Below the pieces are notes generated by a model. It made no database searches. It was not told where the DNA came from and worked only from the letters and a program-made list of their open reading frames with translations. The position numbers and the translations under genes are program-made. From assembly GCA_012026655.1 (NCBI GenBank), contig JAAILG010000176.1:62001-126000 (forward strand): a stretch of DNA of 64,000 bases, written 5' to 3'. Numbering within the stretch: position 1 is the stretch's first letter; every line of letters begins with the position of its first letter. This DNA comes from Hydrolagus affinis (Eukaryota). This document shows positions 1-12,310 of this stretch, piece by piece.

Positions 1-756
1 CTTGAAATGTCAAGCACATTAGAACCCATTTGAAGGTCAAGTAGCAAACTTATGTTTACTTCAAAAATTATCGTGACAACAATGCTTTTGCTGTTGTGTG
101 TTTTTTTAAAAAAAAAATTCACCTTCTTTCCTGACTTCATTAAATTGACAGCACTCTGGATGAAGCATCCATCTTCTGGAAGTGTTGTTACAAATGCAAA
201 GTCCAGTACCTGCGGTCACAGCTTTGTAGCTACTCTACGAAGACTGGCAATGCTGCAACTGAACTTGAACGATGTACCAAAAGAATCGCACAGTGGTGGG
301 AAACTCATCAACTTTGCATTCCTCATTCAGATAGTTTTAACCGGTTCTTAGCTTGGTTTGCTGGATGCTGTTCCACACCAAATCCCTGTTCCCTGCAATG
401 TTCTAGTGTGTGGAGGGTGTGGTGGGAGGTATAAGAAAGCCCACGAGTTGCTCTTTCCTTTGTTTGCGTTCCTCATGTTGCGGCAGCCTACTTTTCACTG
501 CCAGCAACACTCTCTGTTTCATGATTGAGAGAATCATCGTCTTGATCCTGCCATAAATTCGGTTGATCAGATCGCGAATAAGTTCTGTTACCGGCAATCC
601 TACCCCCTTGATCCTGAACACGTATTTGCAATGGATGTCTCTTGGAAGAGATGTGATGTATAGATCGGTGTCTAGCTTTCAGATTTCGACTGGCTTTGGG
701 TGTGTGAAATTGCACCATGTCTAAGTGCACTCACTGTCTGTGTGTTAATGGTGTAG

Positions 757-981
757 CAGGGAGAAGTGGATTGCTGGCCTTTAACCTGTCCGACTCTCAG
801 CTGCGAGTACACAACCATCCCAGAGGGAGAATGCTGCCCACAATGCGTCAGTGATCCCTGCTTAGCTGACAACATGGTCTATGATATCCGTCAGACTTGT
901 ATAGACAACCATGGAATAACACGGCTCAGTGGCTCTATATGGACCATGCCTGGATCCCCCTGCACTACTTGTAAATGCAAG
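757..981 (+). CDS. NELL1: NELL1 penultimate coding exon (VWC domains)
   Basis: Translates QGEVDCWPLTCPTLSCEYTTIPEGECCPQCVSDPCLADNMVYDIRQTCIDNHGITRLSGSIWTMPGSPCTTCKCK, closely matching the NELL1 C-terminal VWC repeats as I recall them. Bounded by TAG (754-756) and a GT donor at 982; 225 nt, phase 0 at both ends. Start could be 760 (NAGNAG). Confidence 0.95.
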
Positions 982-2571
982 GTACTGTATGACATGAGCA
1001 ATCTTGTTGTCTGAATCGCAGCAGGTCTAAAGAGAGCACTTTTCTTCACGTTGTCACTTTTGGGAAAAAAAATCCAACCATTTGGGAGAAAGGAGTGTAT
1101 AAAACCTCATTAAAATGCATCGCGTTATCTAGCTTTTGCTGCTATTTCGCTGTGTCCCCTTAAAAATGTAATAGCTTTCTTATGTAAACTTGAAATGTAA
1201 CTAAGTAACATTAAAAATAGTAGCAGTCACTGGATGTTAAATGCAGGGTGTTAACTACAACTTACGCTTTGCATATCTTTCTAACATTCAGCTTCTGTTT
1301 TCCATTTTTGCATTGAAGGTTTCATTGAATAAGTGGAAAGTCACTTTAGTTCTTCGTCTTAAGACAAGTGTTTTATGATATAAATAATAATCTTTGCTTT
1401 TAATATAGCCCCTCATCACATCTTCGAGAAGTCTCAAAGAGCTTCACAGAATATACCCTAAAATTAATAAACAGTGGGCAGAATGCGGCAGCTAATTGTG
1501 CACAGCGATGTTTCCCCCCAACAATCGTGGATTGAGTGACCAAATTATTATTATTATTAAGTTTTAGATTTCCCCCAGGAGGTTTTCTCAAACGTTTGCT
1601 GGGAAAATTCAGGCGCAGATGGAATTGATCAATTGATATGTCGTCATTTTCGGTCATTGCATAATAATGATATTTGAGAGTGCAGTTAGTGCAGTTTGGA
1701 TTTAGAATAAGCACCAGAATCAGCATCAGACTAGATTTTCTAACAGATTCTGCCATTTGACGTAATTCGCATACTTTTCCATTTATTTACTGTTTGAGGC
1801 ATACACCTTTTTTTGCCAATGCATGGTCTCCTCAGTCTTTCAGATCTTTGGTGAGTCCACAGCATTCACTGGACCACATTAACCTGATACATTGACAATG
1901 ACAATTCATTTATTACATGATTTTTCAATGTACTTTAATACCCCTTGATTCAAATTAGTATTCCCTGTGTTTGGAGTATAGCCAAAAACATTCATTTTGT
2001 CAGGGAATGAAAAGTTTGATTTTGATGATTGGCTATGTCTTCTTAATTGGATGTGAATCTTCTAATGAAATGCTTTATTAGTTGGTAATGTTTTGTTAAC
2101 TGCAATAGCAATCATCATCTGCACCATGTGAAAAGGCTCTATATTAAATACGAGTTGTAGTTGTCATTGTAATTTATTCATTCAAAACCTGGCATGCTCT
2201 CAATGTGTATTAAAAAAAGGCCAAACTCGCACAGTGGGAAATTATGTCACTTGTTAACCTGTAAGTTTAGTATGGGAAGTGTCCAGCACATAAAACAGGA
2301 GGTAATGCTACTAGAACTTGTGCATTTATGTACAGCAGTCAAACCAAAGTTGTAAAGGATGCCTTATAATGAGTTTGCATAGCTCCAAGCTCCTGTGTGA
2401 AGGGCACTGTATAAATGCAAGAAGATATCTTTCTAGATTTCCCTTCAAGGTCTGAGGAGCAAAAGGGGATGATCTGGGGGATGCAGTGGAGCAAGAATAA
2501 CTTTTAAAATCTGAATTGGAGTATAGTGAAATATCAAGAGGGTTATTCATTCTGTTTTCTGTTCTCTGCAG
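982..2571 (+). other. NELL1: Last intron of NELL1 (GT-AG, 1590 nt)
   Basis: GTACTG donor at 982, CAG acceptor at 2569-2571, frame conserved across the junction. Confidence 0.9.
1381..1560 (-). mobile_element. Deu-type SINE 3' part (abundant family), in NELL1 last intron
   Basis: Matches the family seen at 55383-55665 (ctcaaag.gcttcacagaata…gcggcagctaattgtgcacagc…cgtggattgagtgacc). Confidence 0.85.
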
Positions 2572-2622
2572 AATGGAAACATCTGCTGTTTGGTGGATGT
2601 GGATTGCCTCCACAATAACTGA
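2572..2622 (+). CDS. NELL1: NELL1 terminal coding exon NGNICCLVDVDCLHNN*
   Basis: Pyrimidine tract tctgttttctgttctctgcag ends at 2571; exon continues in frame from KCK and stops at TGA 2620-2622. The C-terminus resembles NELL1 (NGRVCCSVDFECLQNN) more than NELL2 (…CLQEL). Too short for the ORF track. Confidence 0.93.
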   Translation, partial: NGNICCLVDVDCLHNN

Positions 2623-3051
2623 AGATCTCTATGGACTGCTTTACCTCTTGTGTGGACTGTGTAGGTAATGTCTAAAACGTACTTCAAAAGGGTCCTTGCA
2701 TTTTACAGTACAACTTAAAGCTGCCAAATGGAGCAAGATTTCTGGGAGTCTTGTCTTTCGATGAACTACCCTGCACTTTTGTGGCTATTCAGTTCAAAGT
2801 GTTTCACTTTCAGCTCAAAGTTGGGAGCTTCCATCACCATGCCATTGGAAGATCACACCTCTATATTTTTTACAGCATTTTGATAACTGCAAACGGGAAA
2901 CGGGTTTGTTTGCCCAAACTTTGCAGTTGAATATCTGTCGAAACGTGTTTACCTGTCTTTCTGTAAATCAGTGAAGTCCAATATGACATGTTAATGCTTT
3001 AAGTACCGGTTGTCCTTTGCAGCTTTGAAATTCATACTCATTTAACACCCA

Positions 3052-3057
3052 AATAAA
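3052..3057 (+). terminator. Candidate proximal poly(A) signal AATAAA
   Basis: First AATAAA I found after the stop; GT/T-rich stretch about 80-110 nt downstream. Confidence 0.35.
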
Positions 3058-3410
3058 TCATTGCTGAATTTCAATGCTGAACACCATGAACAAAAGCTAT
3101 GGTAATGTGAGGAACTACAGAAAATTATTTTGAATTGTGTTCTGTGTTGTCCAAAATTCTGTTTGGTTTTTTTTCCCCCAAAAAAAATCTGGTGGTGAAA
3201 CGCAACATTCCCCACAAAGGTTGTGAATTATTTCAAGCGTCAGGGTAAGAAAACAAAACCTAGAAAGGAAATGCAGTTTGAGAATTTGCCATTTGTTTTG
3301 TTTTGGTAATATTGTACCACATTTTCAACACAATCTGACGATCCAAATTTGACTTCAGTACAATGCAGCAGAATTCTTCTCTGAACTCAGTTCACACTTG
3401 GACAAATGAT

Positions 3411-3610
3411 GGAGACTGCATGGTATATTAGTTAGGAGATTGGCCTTTCATGTTTGGAATCTGTGTTCAAATCACCCCCAGCAGGTGGGATAGAGATGGA
3501 CAAGGCCTTTCTTACTGTTGACTGTAGGGGGCCTTAGTAAAGTCAGTCTAAAATGAGTTTTTAATGGATACGAGTCAACATCACAAACTGACCATCTCAC
3601 TCAGAGAGTA
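3411..3610 (+). mobile_element. LF-SINE-like element, degenerate
   Basis: ggagactgcatgg…ggcctttca…gttcaaatc…aaatgagtt…atggatacgagtcaacatcacaaactgaccatc follows the order of motifs in the LF-SINE consensus as I recall it. Confidence 0.65.
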
Positions 3611-4468
3611 CGTTAGAATTGTTGGTGTGTGAAACCGAGAGCGTGACGATGATGCCCTTGCTCAACATTTGCAAAAAGCTGGAGAGTGTGTCACTGCCGT
3701 TATTGTGAATTTTCTGCTCCTTATACTCTGGGGGTTCAGCATATGTCAAATAAATATGCTTCTTGTGCAGCTGGCCTAATGGCTGATGATGGCGCAAAAT
3801 ACGCTTTGACGCTCAGCAAATAAAAACTTTATGACAACTCAAAATCCATATTTCCACTTCAAAGGGAGTATGTGTTCAATGTATGAAAGTGTTTGCTCAA
3901 CATGCGGTAGTTTGTAGTCAGTGTTGAATTAAAGGCTTCCAGCTCATCTACTTTGTCTTTAGCGCACAAGACATCTTTTTGTTTCAGTTTTGCCACTGCA
4001 TTTAGTTTTCTTTGACAGTGTAATGAAATTAGAAAAATAATTGTTTTTTGAGTTACATACGGTTGAAACAAAAGTTTGTTTCTACCTATTTAGAGTTTAT
4101 TATCAGAGGCAGAGAGAGGTGTCGTAAGAGGATAAGGTTCCTAACCTGACCTCAAAGGCAGCGAGGGTATCAATATTCAAAGAGCAAAGATTGTGCTTGT
4201 GTCCTCTCCTAAAATTTCCATTATCATGTCTCTGCTTAATGCCTTAAAGAGCAGTTTGTAGATTTTAGGATCAAGTTGCAGTAAAATCCTGAATTGTTTT
4301 GAGGTTCCTGACTGTACAGGAGAACGCATTGTCATGAGTTTATTTTTAAGGCAGTAGAATATCAGCATAGAATGTAAAACTTAAGTTCATAAAAGGTCAT
4401 CTGAGCCCTGAGATGTTGCTCCTGCAAAGTCATCCTTTTTCTTACCTTCGGGAGATTCAATTATAGTT

Positions 4469-4890
4469 CATAGGAACCTCGGGAACAGGAGAAGACTGTC
4501 GAACCCATCAAGCCTGTTTCACCAGTTTATTAGATCTTGGCAGATCTCTGAGCTCTCGATGTCCCTTTCATCGTACCCATTACCTTTAGTACTCAAGGCA
4601 TTTATCTATCTCCTTTGCATATATCTATTGATTCTGCCTCCGGAGCAGAATACATCATAAATCACAACCCACTGTAAGAAGAAATGCTTCTGAACCTCAG
4701 TTCTAACTGTCTTTGTTCTGGTTTTAATAGAACAGAACAAGATTTATAATAGAACCCTCTACTAAAAGGGAAGAGATGCCCCCTACATAACCTTCCCATC
4801 GTTTTCTATTGTTTTAAATGCCTCAATCACCCCTTTGTCTCTGCTCTATGAATATAATCCCAGTCTACCTAGCTTCTCATCATACCTGAA
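4469..4890 (-). mobile_element. CR1 LINE 3' fragment
   Basis: Reverse complement of a CR1 3' end (ataggaac…ggaacaggag…catcaagcctgtt…) plus ORF2 C-terminal remnant (…agcttctcatcatac). Confidence 0.75.
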
Positions 4891-6295
4891 GTTTGTAGGG
4901 TCATTTCTATTTGCAAGTAGCCAATGCCACAGCAGAATGTAATGAGTGCAAACAGCTAGAAGATTTGCCCAGCAGTGACCTTGCATTGCACAAGAAACCA
5001 TGGTTCGCCTTTGGTACATCAAAAATCTCTGTTGTTTACCACCTTTGACTAGAATCTGATTTATTTAATGATAGAATTTATTTCTACTCACATAACCATA
5101 CGCTGCATTACTGGTTCAGGAAATAATGATTGATTCACTTTTTGGGTTGGAAAGCAATTATGTTTTCTGAAATTACTGTTGTGCAGTGAATTAATACTTT
5201 GACTACTAAAATGGATTTCTTTGTAGTATTCCACCAAATAAATGATCCAATACATTAAGTAAGATGCATGATAGGAATTGGAATGACAGAGAATATTGGG
5301 TCATTTACATTATTATTGTGGTCTAATTCTTTTTTCTTTTGGATTTGAAATGCTACAGTTGTTCTCATATGTATTAACTGACTAGATTGGGATAGTTGCA
5401 AATGACATTCATTTTCCTATAATATGTTTGCAAAGTTCAAATCCAATCCTTAGCCATGTATTATCATACTTCTAAACTGAAAATTAAAATCAAATTTATA
5501 TCTAAAGTTATTATTTAACATAATTCCCACTTTTTTGATTGTTACTTTTTATAATGTCTCAAATCTTATGACAAAAAGGGACTTTATATAAACTAGTTCA
5601 AGTAGTCGTGTTAAAACTTGACTCGAGACCCAGAAAATGGTGTCTCTTCAAATGGTAAATAGCTTGCTGTTGTATGTGTTCATATTACATGTTGTATGCG
5701 ATTAAACTTTTGTTTTATGTTAAGTGTTTTGTGTTCTTCAGTTATTGTTTCTCTACTTTTAAGCATTTTGTGCAATATGTTATTTTCTTGATAGCTCTTA
5801 AGTTCAGATGATAGTTGAACCACTGTATAGTTTCTTTATTTCCAAGTAATGGTATTGTACACTTTGTTGCTAAGCAGGTCAAAATGTGATTCCTTTTTTT
5901 ACACCAATGTTCCATTTAAATGAATGTAAATTATATATCATGCCAGAAATGTTTGCATCCTAACAAAAATAATGGGAATTAATTTGGAAGCGTCTTAACT
6001 TGTCTTGTGTTATTGTTAACTTAGCCCTTTTTGTGTGAACAGTTTAAAGTAATTTCTGAGTAAAAGTAAAAAAGATCCCAGCATGGAAATGCAAATGAGT
6101 TCATTCAGCTGTTCAGCGCTCCATATGTTTTTGTTGTGTGTGTGTGACTCATTATAGCAATAGCTGTGAACTCGCAATTTTATTTTAAAGGTTTTTAATT
6201 CAGATCATTTGCTCACTTCAAAGGTTAAATGGTCTTAGTAGAATTGTGCTGTGATCAAGAGCATCTGTCCATACATTGAAGGAATGTTTTCATTG

Positions 6296-6301
6296 AATAA
6301 A
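6296..6301 (+). terminator. Candidate distal poly(A) signal AATAAA
   Basis: AATAAA followed by tatgtgtttgcttt at the end of a long T-rich block; second AATAAA at 6381. Confidence 0.45.
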
Positions 6302-6454
6302 TATGTGTTTGCTTTGACTACTGCCTTTAACGTGATACTAAAGGATAATGGATTTTAATCTGCTCTGTTGAATATCTAACAATAAATGTTGTTTTTTTTA
6401 ATCACTGCAATTGTATTCTCTGAAACCGCACTGAATAATTGCTCCACATTTTGT

Positions 6455-6838
6455 AATTGGCTCAGTGGCAGCACTTTCGCCTCTTGACTCAGAAGGTTGT
6501 GGGTTCAAATCCCACGTCAGGACTTGACCTGATTGAAGTGGTGCATTGTCGGAGGTACTGTCTTTCAGATGAGATGTTGAACCAAGGTCCCGTCTGCCTG
6601 TTCAGGTGCATGTTAAAGATCTTCACGGTATGATTCGAAAAGAGAAGGGGAGTTTCTCCCAGTCTCATGTCTAATAAATCCCTCAGAACTAAAATAGGTC
6701 ACCTACTCCATTAGCTGTTTGTGGGACAACTAGCTGCCATATTTTGCCCACAAAATGCAGTCAATCTTTACACTATCCTGTGAAACGCTTTGAGATGTCT
6801 CAACAACTTGATAAGTCCGAGGATGATTGTTATTATTC
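6455..6838 (+). mobile_element. Near full-length older DeuSINE (SacSINE1/AmnSINE-like)
   Basis: tRNA-like head (tggctcagtggcagcac…gggttcaaatccc), Deu-domain core (tgtctttcagatgagatgttgaaccaaggtcccgtctgcctgttcaggtgcatgttaaagatc), then gctgtttgtggga and tail tgtgaaacgctttgagatgtc. Confidence 0.85.
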
Positions 6839-9800
6839 ATGTTGATCCTCCAGGTTTGTGGTGTATAAAAGCTGGAAAAAAGTATATTAAATGAAATGAG
6901 AGAAGGAATAAAACATGTGGTCTCATTTGAAAAATGTCTTCAGGGAATTTCTAAATACCTGTATTGATATTGTGGTTTCTGAAAAAAGAACTTTTCTTGA
7001 ATATGATATATCTAATTTTGGTATAAAAAAAAGGTGTTGTGGGCACTTCAACCAGCATTAATTTATAATGATAAAAAGGAGGAATACTGGAATAATTCTC
7101 TGGAGCAATGTTCTCAAATATGTTTAATTTATATTCATAGTTGCTTTATTAATATTCATAGTCATTTTGCACCCTGTGAATGGAATACCATACCTCAGTA
7201 CCTGGGTTCTGCATTAACAGGTTTAATCTTGACCTTGCCACAGAATTTTTAGCAATCTTCGTTTGACCTTACCACCTCACTGGCTTTAAAATGGCTATGA
7301 TGTCTAGCAATCGGGAAACGCCTGCATTACTGATTGGATGCTTTAAACCTGACAGGTGCATTACCGAGAGTGCTTGTGCATCATTCCACATTATACAGTT
7401 TTACTGCAGCACCTAATGTCAAATTCACATATGAGACAAAAACCTTTCATTCTTTCTTTGTGTTGCAGTCACTGATTTACTATCCGTCAATAGCTGAATG
7501 TAATCATCTAAGTTCCAATCCTCTATAATATTCTCAAGACTGTCTAAAGTTTTAGTTCGTGCAATCTCCTTGCTTTAACCTGCCCTTTCAAAAATACATT
7601 TTGATGAAGTGTGGGGTCATCAGTCATTGCGAAGAGAGTGAGAATTCAGTATTCATAATTTGCATACTGAAATAACCTCTAATATTCTCTTCATGTGGCT
7701 GATAAAGATCACAACCCAGACCCCATTTGTGTACTGACTATAAATAATACGGTTGAATTTGTATGAAAGGCACACAATAGGCTGAATGGGGTTCTTCGGT
7801 GCTGCAACTTTCTATCATTCTAGGTTAAGGAGGACTAAATGAGAATTGATTTCCATTGCAAAATGCCCAAACTAAGAATCGGGGGCCAAGGCGTGAAGGT
7901 TTTACTCTCGGAAAAGATCCTCTAATGCCTACGGTAAGTTTTGCATTCTTTTTGTAAATATGCAGAAGTCATCAACTAGTAAGGGAGTGTTTGATTTAAA
8001 AAGAAAATCTTGTCTTTGGGTGCTATTTATATTGTGTTCATCAATGTTGAAGGCAATGTGCCAGCAATGACATTCCAATTTAGGAAGAAGAACTACATCC
8101 ATTTGTTTTAACATTCGGGCTGAAACTGTGTTGCCACTTCAGCAATAAAGCTATCTGTAGTGAGAAACCCAATAATACGAATCCCATGTGGCATGAGGTT
8201 TTGGCATTCCATTGAGTGCTTCCTTCAATTACATAACTCCAACCATGTTTTATCAGAATCCATCATTTCTAGTTTGACGTCAAACTTGATGTTTGTAATT
8301 TGCCCAGTGTCAACTCCAATGTAATAAAAAGGTAATATTCCTATCATGTTTAAAATATGGTTATTGTAGTCAGATAATAAAAATGTGACATTGACGAAGA
8401 TTTCAGCTTTATTGGTCTACAAATCAAATGTGGGGGAAAAGTAAAGTTTATTAGCTGCACAACACTCTTAATTATGGAGCATGATTCTGCTGAAAGCATC
8501 TCTAATTCCTGATTCAGCTTGCACCCAAAACAAAACAAAAACATTCTTGTAATCAAGTGAGTTGAGAAATATTCATTGGACAAGAAAATGTTGAAGAATA
8601 TTTGAAATCGCATGTAAACACTTGCTTCTTCAAGCAATTCCAAACTTGAAATTAAGCCAATTATAATTATCGTAATGTAGGAATGCTTGGTACTACAAAA
8701 TATAAGGCTTTCACCAGAATTCCGGACTGGGTTAAACAATTTTTACATCGTGGCACCCTTGCACATTTTCTTTTAATCCAATTAAAATGTTAATTTCGAG
8801 GCTAATTACTTTGCAATTATTTCAAAATATTACTTCAAAAAACGCCTTCTGTCTATTGGTCTTTGAACCCCTTTCAAAGTGAAAGCTACAACACCACAGG
8901 GTCTCTTAATAGCCCAAGGTGCCAGAGAACCGTAATCTTATAACTTATTCCAGTCATACAATCTCTTGAGTCTGTTCTCTCCCACTGCCCCATTCTGCTA
9001 GTAACTCATCCAAGTGATCATTCTTAGTGGGTAAGCCTGGAGAACAAGGTCCGCAGGCTATTGAACCACGGTGGGAGTCATCCCGGTTAAGTTCAATCCT
9101 ATTCATCTCCAACATCTGTGGAAAGTAGTCGTGAATAAGCCATGACCTAATTTTCTTTGCCTCCAGATACTCAGGATCCTGAAGCTGACTGCAGCACCTC
9201 ATGATCTTTGTTACTGTGATCAGCCAATTCAATTTCTAGGCTTTCCACGAGTCTGCGTCGCCTATTATTATCCCCTCCTCAGGTGGACCTTTAGTCACTG
9301 AACTGTCTGTGGTGTAACTTTACATATATTTCCCCTCACAGCCGTGACGAAACATCATGCGAAACAATGAATAACTAATATGCACGCGTTGATTATACAA
9401 TATCCGCAATGCCCAAGTGACAGTTTTGTAGTTCATGAAATGCACACAGAATACACAATTGAAACATGAAATAAGCGACTTGGCGCTGTATCAGATGCAA
9501 GGATTAATATTATAGTAATGGCAGCACCGAAATGAAATCAGTGAAAACATTCCATTTTGCCTCCCTCCTGAGATCTGCTTTGCAAATTTGCAGGGCAATG
9601 CGGTATGTGACACTTAACACATTCCGTCTGTTGTGAAATGTCGTACTTTTCAACACAATAGGTCAAAATGGATAGTGCAAAGGTGAAAGAAAGATGATAG
9701 TGTCTGAAAATAAAGGGAGATATTTTATAAGGATGTAAGGCTTGAGAAAGGCAGTACATTGAGCAGCAAGTGGCAGTTAAAGAGTTGAGAATAGCTGGCC

Positions 9801-10554
9801 TGCACCGTCTTCTTTGCTGCAGTGTGTTCACAGTGTACTTGCTGTTGCCTGAGGCATAGATAGCCAGATGAAAGTCAGCCAATGCGTTGAAGCTCTTTTT
9901 ATATACAGAAGGTTTCAATAAATATTTCATGTAGATAAGCAATCACCCAACTAATTGACATAGTCTTTAAATAAATTATGCTTTGTCAAGAGCATCTGCT
10001 TCTCCCAGACTTGATGGTAATTACAATAGGAAACTTTCCCCATGACTCTGCAACACTGAATGTTTTGAAGTTTAGATTCAAATCAAAAAGGGATATTTTT
10101 TGCGGAGCAGGTAAAAGTAAAGGCTTTTTCCCCCTCCCGGCTGTTTGCTTTCACATTTTAAATCATTGTGGAATCGTGAATTTGGTTTTGTAGAGTACAG
10201 TTGTGGAGTTCCAATTGAATATTGGGATGAATCACAACTACAAATTAATCTGGCAAATTCACCATCTGGAGCACATTGATGAGGGAAAGGTGCCAAGCAC
10301 TGACCAAAAGCCTCTTGCGCGGTAAAGAAAAAATATCAGAACAATCAAAGCAATACTCCTTGCACTGGTTATAATGCTGTTGGTACCTTCCCTTTAAGAG
10401 CTTGGTGAAGATGCTGATTTTTGCCACGTAAAATATTACCAATGTGATCCTCAGAGCCCACGGAGAAAGCTCAGCGAAACTTCACAACAATGATATCTGG
10501 GACGAAGGAATTATAACTTGAACCAATCGACAAATTGAACCTGTTTTCACTGGA

Positions 10555-10935
10555 ACAGAGAAATTTGAGTGGAGTTTTAATTGAGCTCCTCACAAGTCTG
10601 AGAGGTTTTGAAGGAATAAATCACAAGTTTATTCGCACTGGTTGGTAACTAGGGGCATAAATTTAGAATTGTTACTGTAAGAGATGAGGCAAGGTTAGGA
10701 CAAATGTTAGGACAAATACTTGACACGGAGGGTTCTAAAATATGAAATACTTTGCTGTGAGTGTCTATTGAAGCTACAAAATAAACGTTTTTGAAGAGGA
10801 GCAATGTTATAGGGTCCAGGGAAAGAGCAGGGAACTGAGATTAAAGTAGTTACCTCTAGTAGGTGGGCCGCCACCAGCATCAACTCAATAAGCCAAACGG
10901 CTTTCTCATTTGTCATTGTCGTTATTCTATGGTGA
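10555..10935 (+). mobile_element. CR1 LINE 3' fragment
   Basis: gagaggttttgaagga…aactaggggcataaatttagaattgt…cagggaaagagcaggga…tctatg tail. Confidence 0.65.
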
Positions 10936-11509
10936 ATGGCTGGCAGCTTCTCAAGATCCCAGCCTATTAGATGGAGAAAGACATGGAATTGTTGTCTGTG
11001 GAAAGCAAACCGACTGAGGTTGAAAAGTGCAGTAACAATTCCCGAGAGATTGGATGTACAAATATTCGGTTCTTTTATCAAAAGAAAAATCATGTTGTAA
11101 ATTACTGGTCTAACCTCTTCATTCAAAGCAACCAATTTGCCTGGCAAATAGCACATCCTCTAGAGAATAATATTTTTTACCCAAAACATCATCGGAAAAA
11201 AAGTTGCAGGTAATGCACACAGAGCAGTATAATACCAGCAGCTGCACTGAGTTGGCCGATGGGAAAATTAAATGCAGAGCTTCTCATTACCCACATTAAG
11301 GAATTAGATGAATATTTCAACTGTGCTTCAATATTATTGAATGATCATTTTAATTTGAAAATGCATATTTATATCATGGAGGGGAAAAAAGAAAGACTTA
11401 TATAGAAATAGATATCAATTCCAACATTTTTCAAAGGTAAATGTAATGCAGTGACTGATTAGTTAGTTAGCAGTTGCTGTATAGGAATTTAATGATTCTT
11501 ACAACACCA

Positions 11510-11670
11510 AGAAGAACACATTGAATTTATATAGAACCTTTGATGTCGGGAGGATGTCCCAAGGCGCTGGACATTTGAGGGTTTGTACCGGAGATGGGGG
11601 TGGGGGGAGTTGGTTTCAAGCGGGGTTGGGAGGCCACCAGGTAGGCGTGGGAAGATGACCAAAGGCAAGT
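11510..11670 (-). mobile_element. L2 LINE 3' tail fragment
   Basis: atttatatagaacctttgatgtcgggaggatgtcccaaggcgctggac is the reverse complement of the tail at 36360-36430. Confidence 0.7.
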
Positions 11671-12227
11671 AACTTAATAGTTCAGTTACAAAATGCCATC
11701 ATGTATTTAGGTGTAGTGACTGTTTGCTACAATACAGTGTAACATTGATATGAATTCCCTTTGTTTCGTGTGCCCAGAGGGAGGAATGGGGGGAACCAGG
11801 TTTATAAATTGTGATGATGTGGTGACAGTCAGGCTTTTTTTCTCAGCGACCATGAATAACACACATGCTTTGCTATTTCAATCTGGTCACTAATCTAAAG
11901 GGCCAGAAAGATTGCACGCATGCAAGTGGAATTCTTATCCCCTGAGATCTTGAAGTCCCGCCCAAATGGTTAACGCTTATTCTGCGCTAATTGTTTTGTG
12001 TACTGAATTGATGTGATCACATTGTTAAGTTGCCTTTTTTTTAGAATAATGGAAAATCCCTATACTGTATGAAAGCATCCTTTTCATTATCTTTGAGTTG
12101 TTTTATTGTTTTATTCTGAGCTCCCCTCCTGTAAGGAAGATACCTGAGATAGAACAAAGCAAGGCAGGGGATGGCTTGAGTTCTGACAAAGAGTCGTGGA
12201 GCCAAAAGGACTCACTTTCCTTTCTCC

Positions 12228-12310
12228 GTAGATCCTGCCTGACCCGCTGAGTGTTCCCAGGGATTTTTAAAAATTTATTTTCCAGCATCTGCAGTATTTT
12301 GCATTTTGTT
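12228..12310 (+). repeat. Short chondrichthyan interspersed repeat (Penelope-associated terminal motif, tentative)
   Basis: gcctgacccgctgagtgttcccag…ttccagcatctgcagtattttgc, a motif I recall as common in shark genomes. Confidence 0.5.

Larger units (their letters stand above)
2623..6400 (+). other. NELL1: NELL1 3' UTR (end uncertain)
   Basis: Follows the stop codon; T-rich, especially 5000-6400; AATAAA at 3052, 3819, 5237, 6296 and 6381. Confidence 0.5.

Noticed and set aside
982-1014. ORF-track extension VLYDMSNLVV* as the NELL1 C-terminus
   Set aside because: Read-through past the GT donor at 982; the true terminal exon is at 2572.
757-2622. Assignment to NELL2
   Set aside because: DPCLADN..YDIR, RLSGS.WTM.GSPCTTCKCK and the terminal NN match NELL1 as I recall it.
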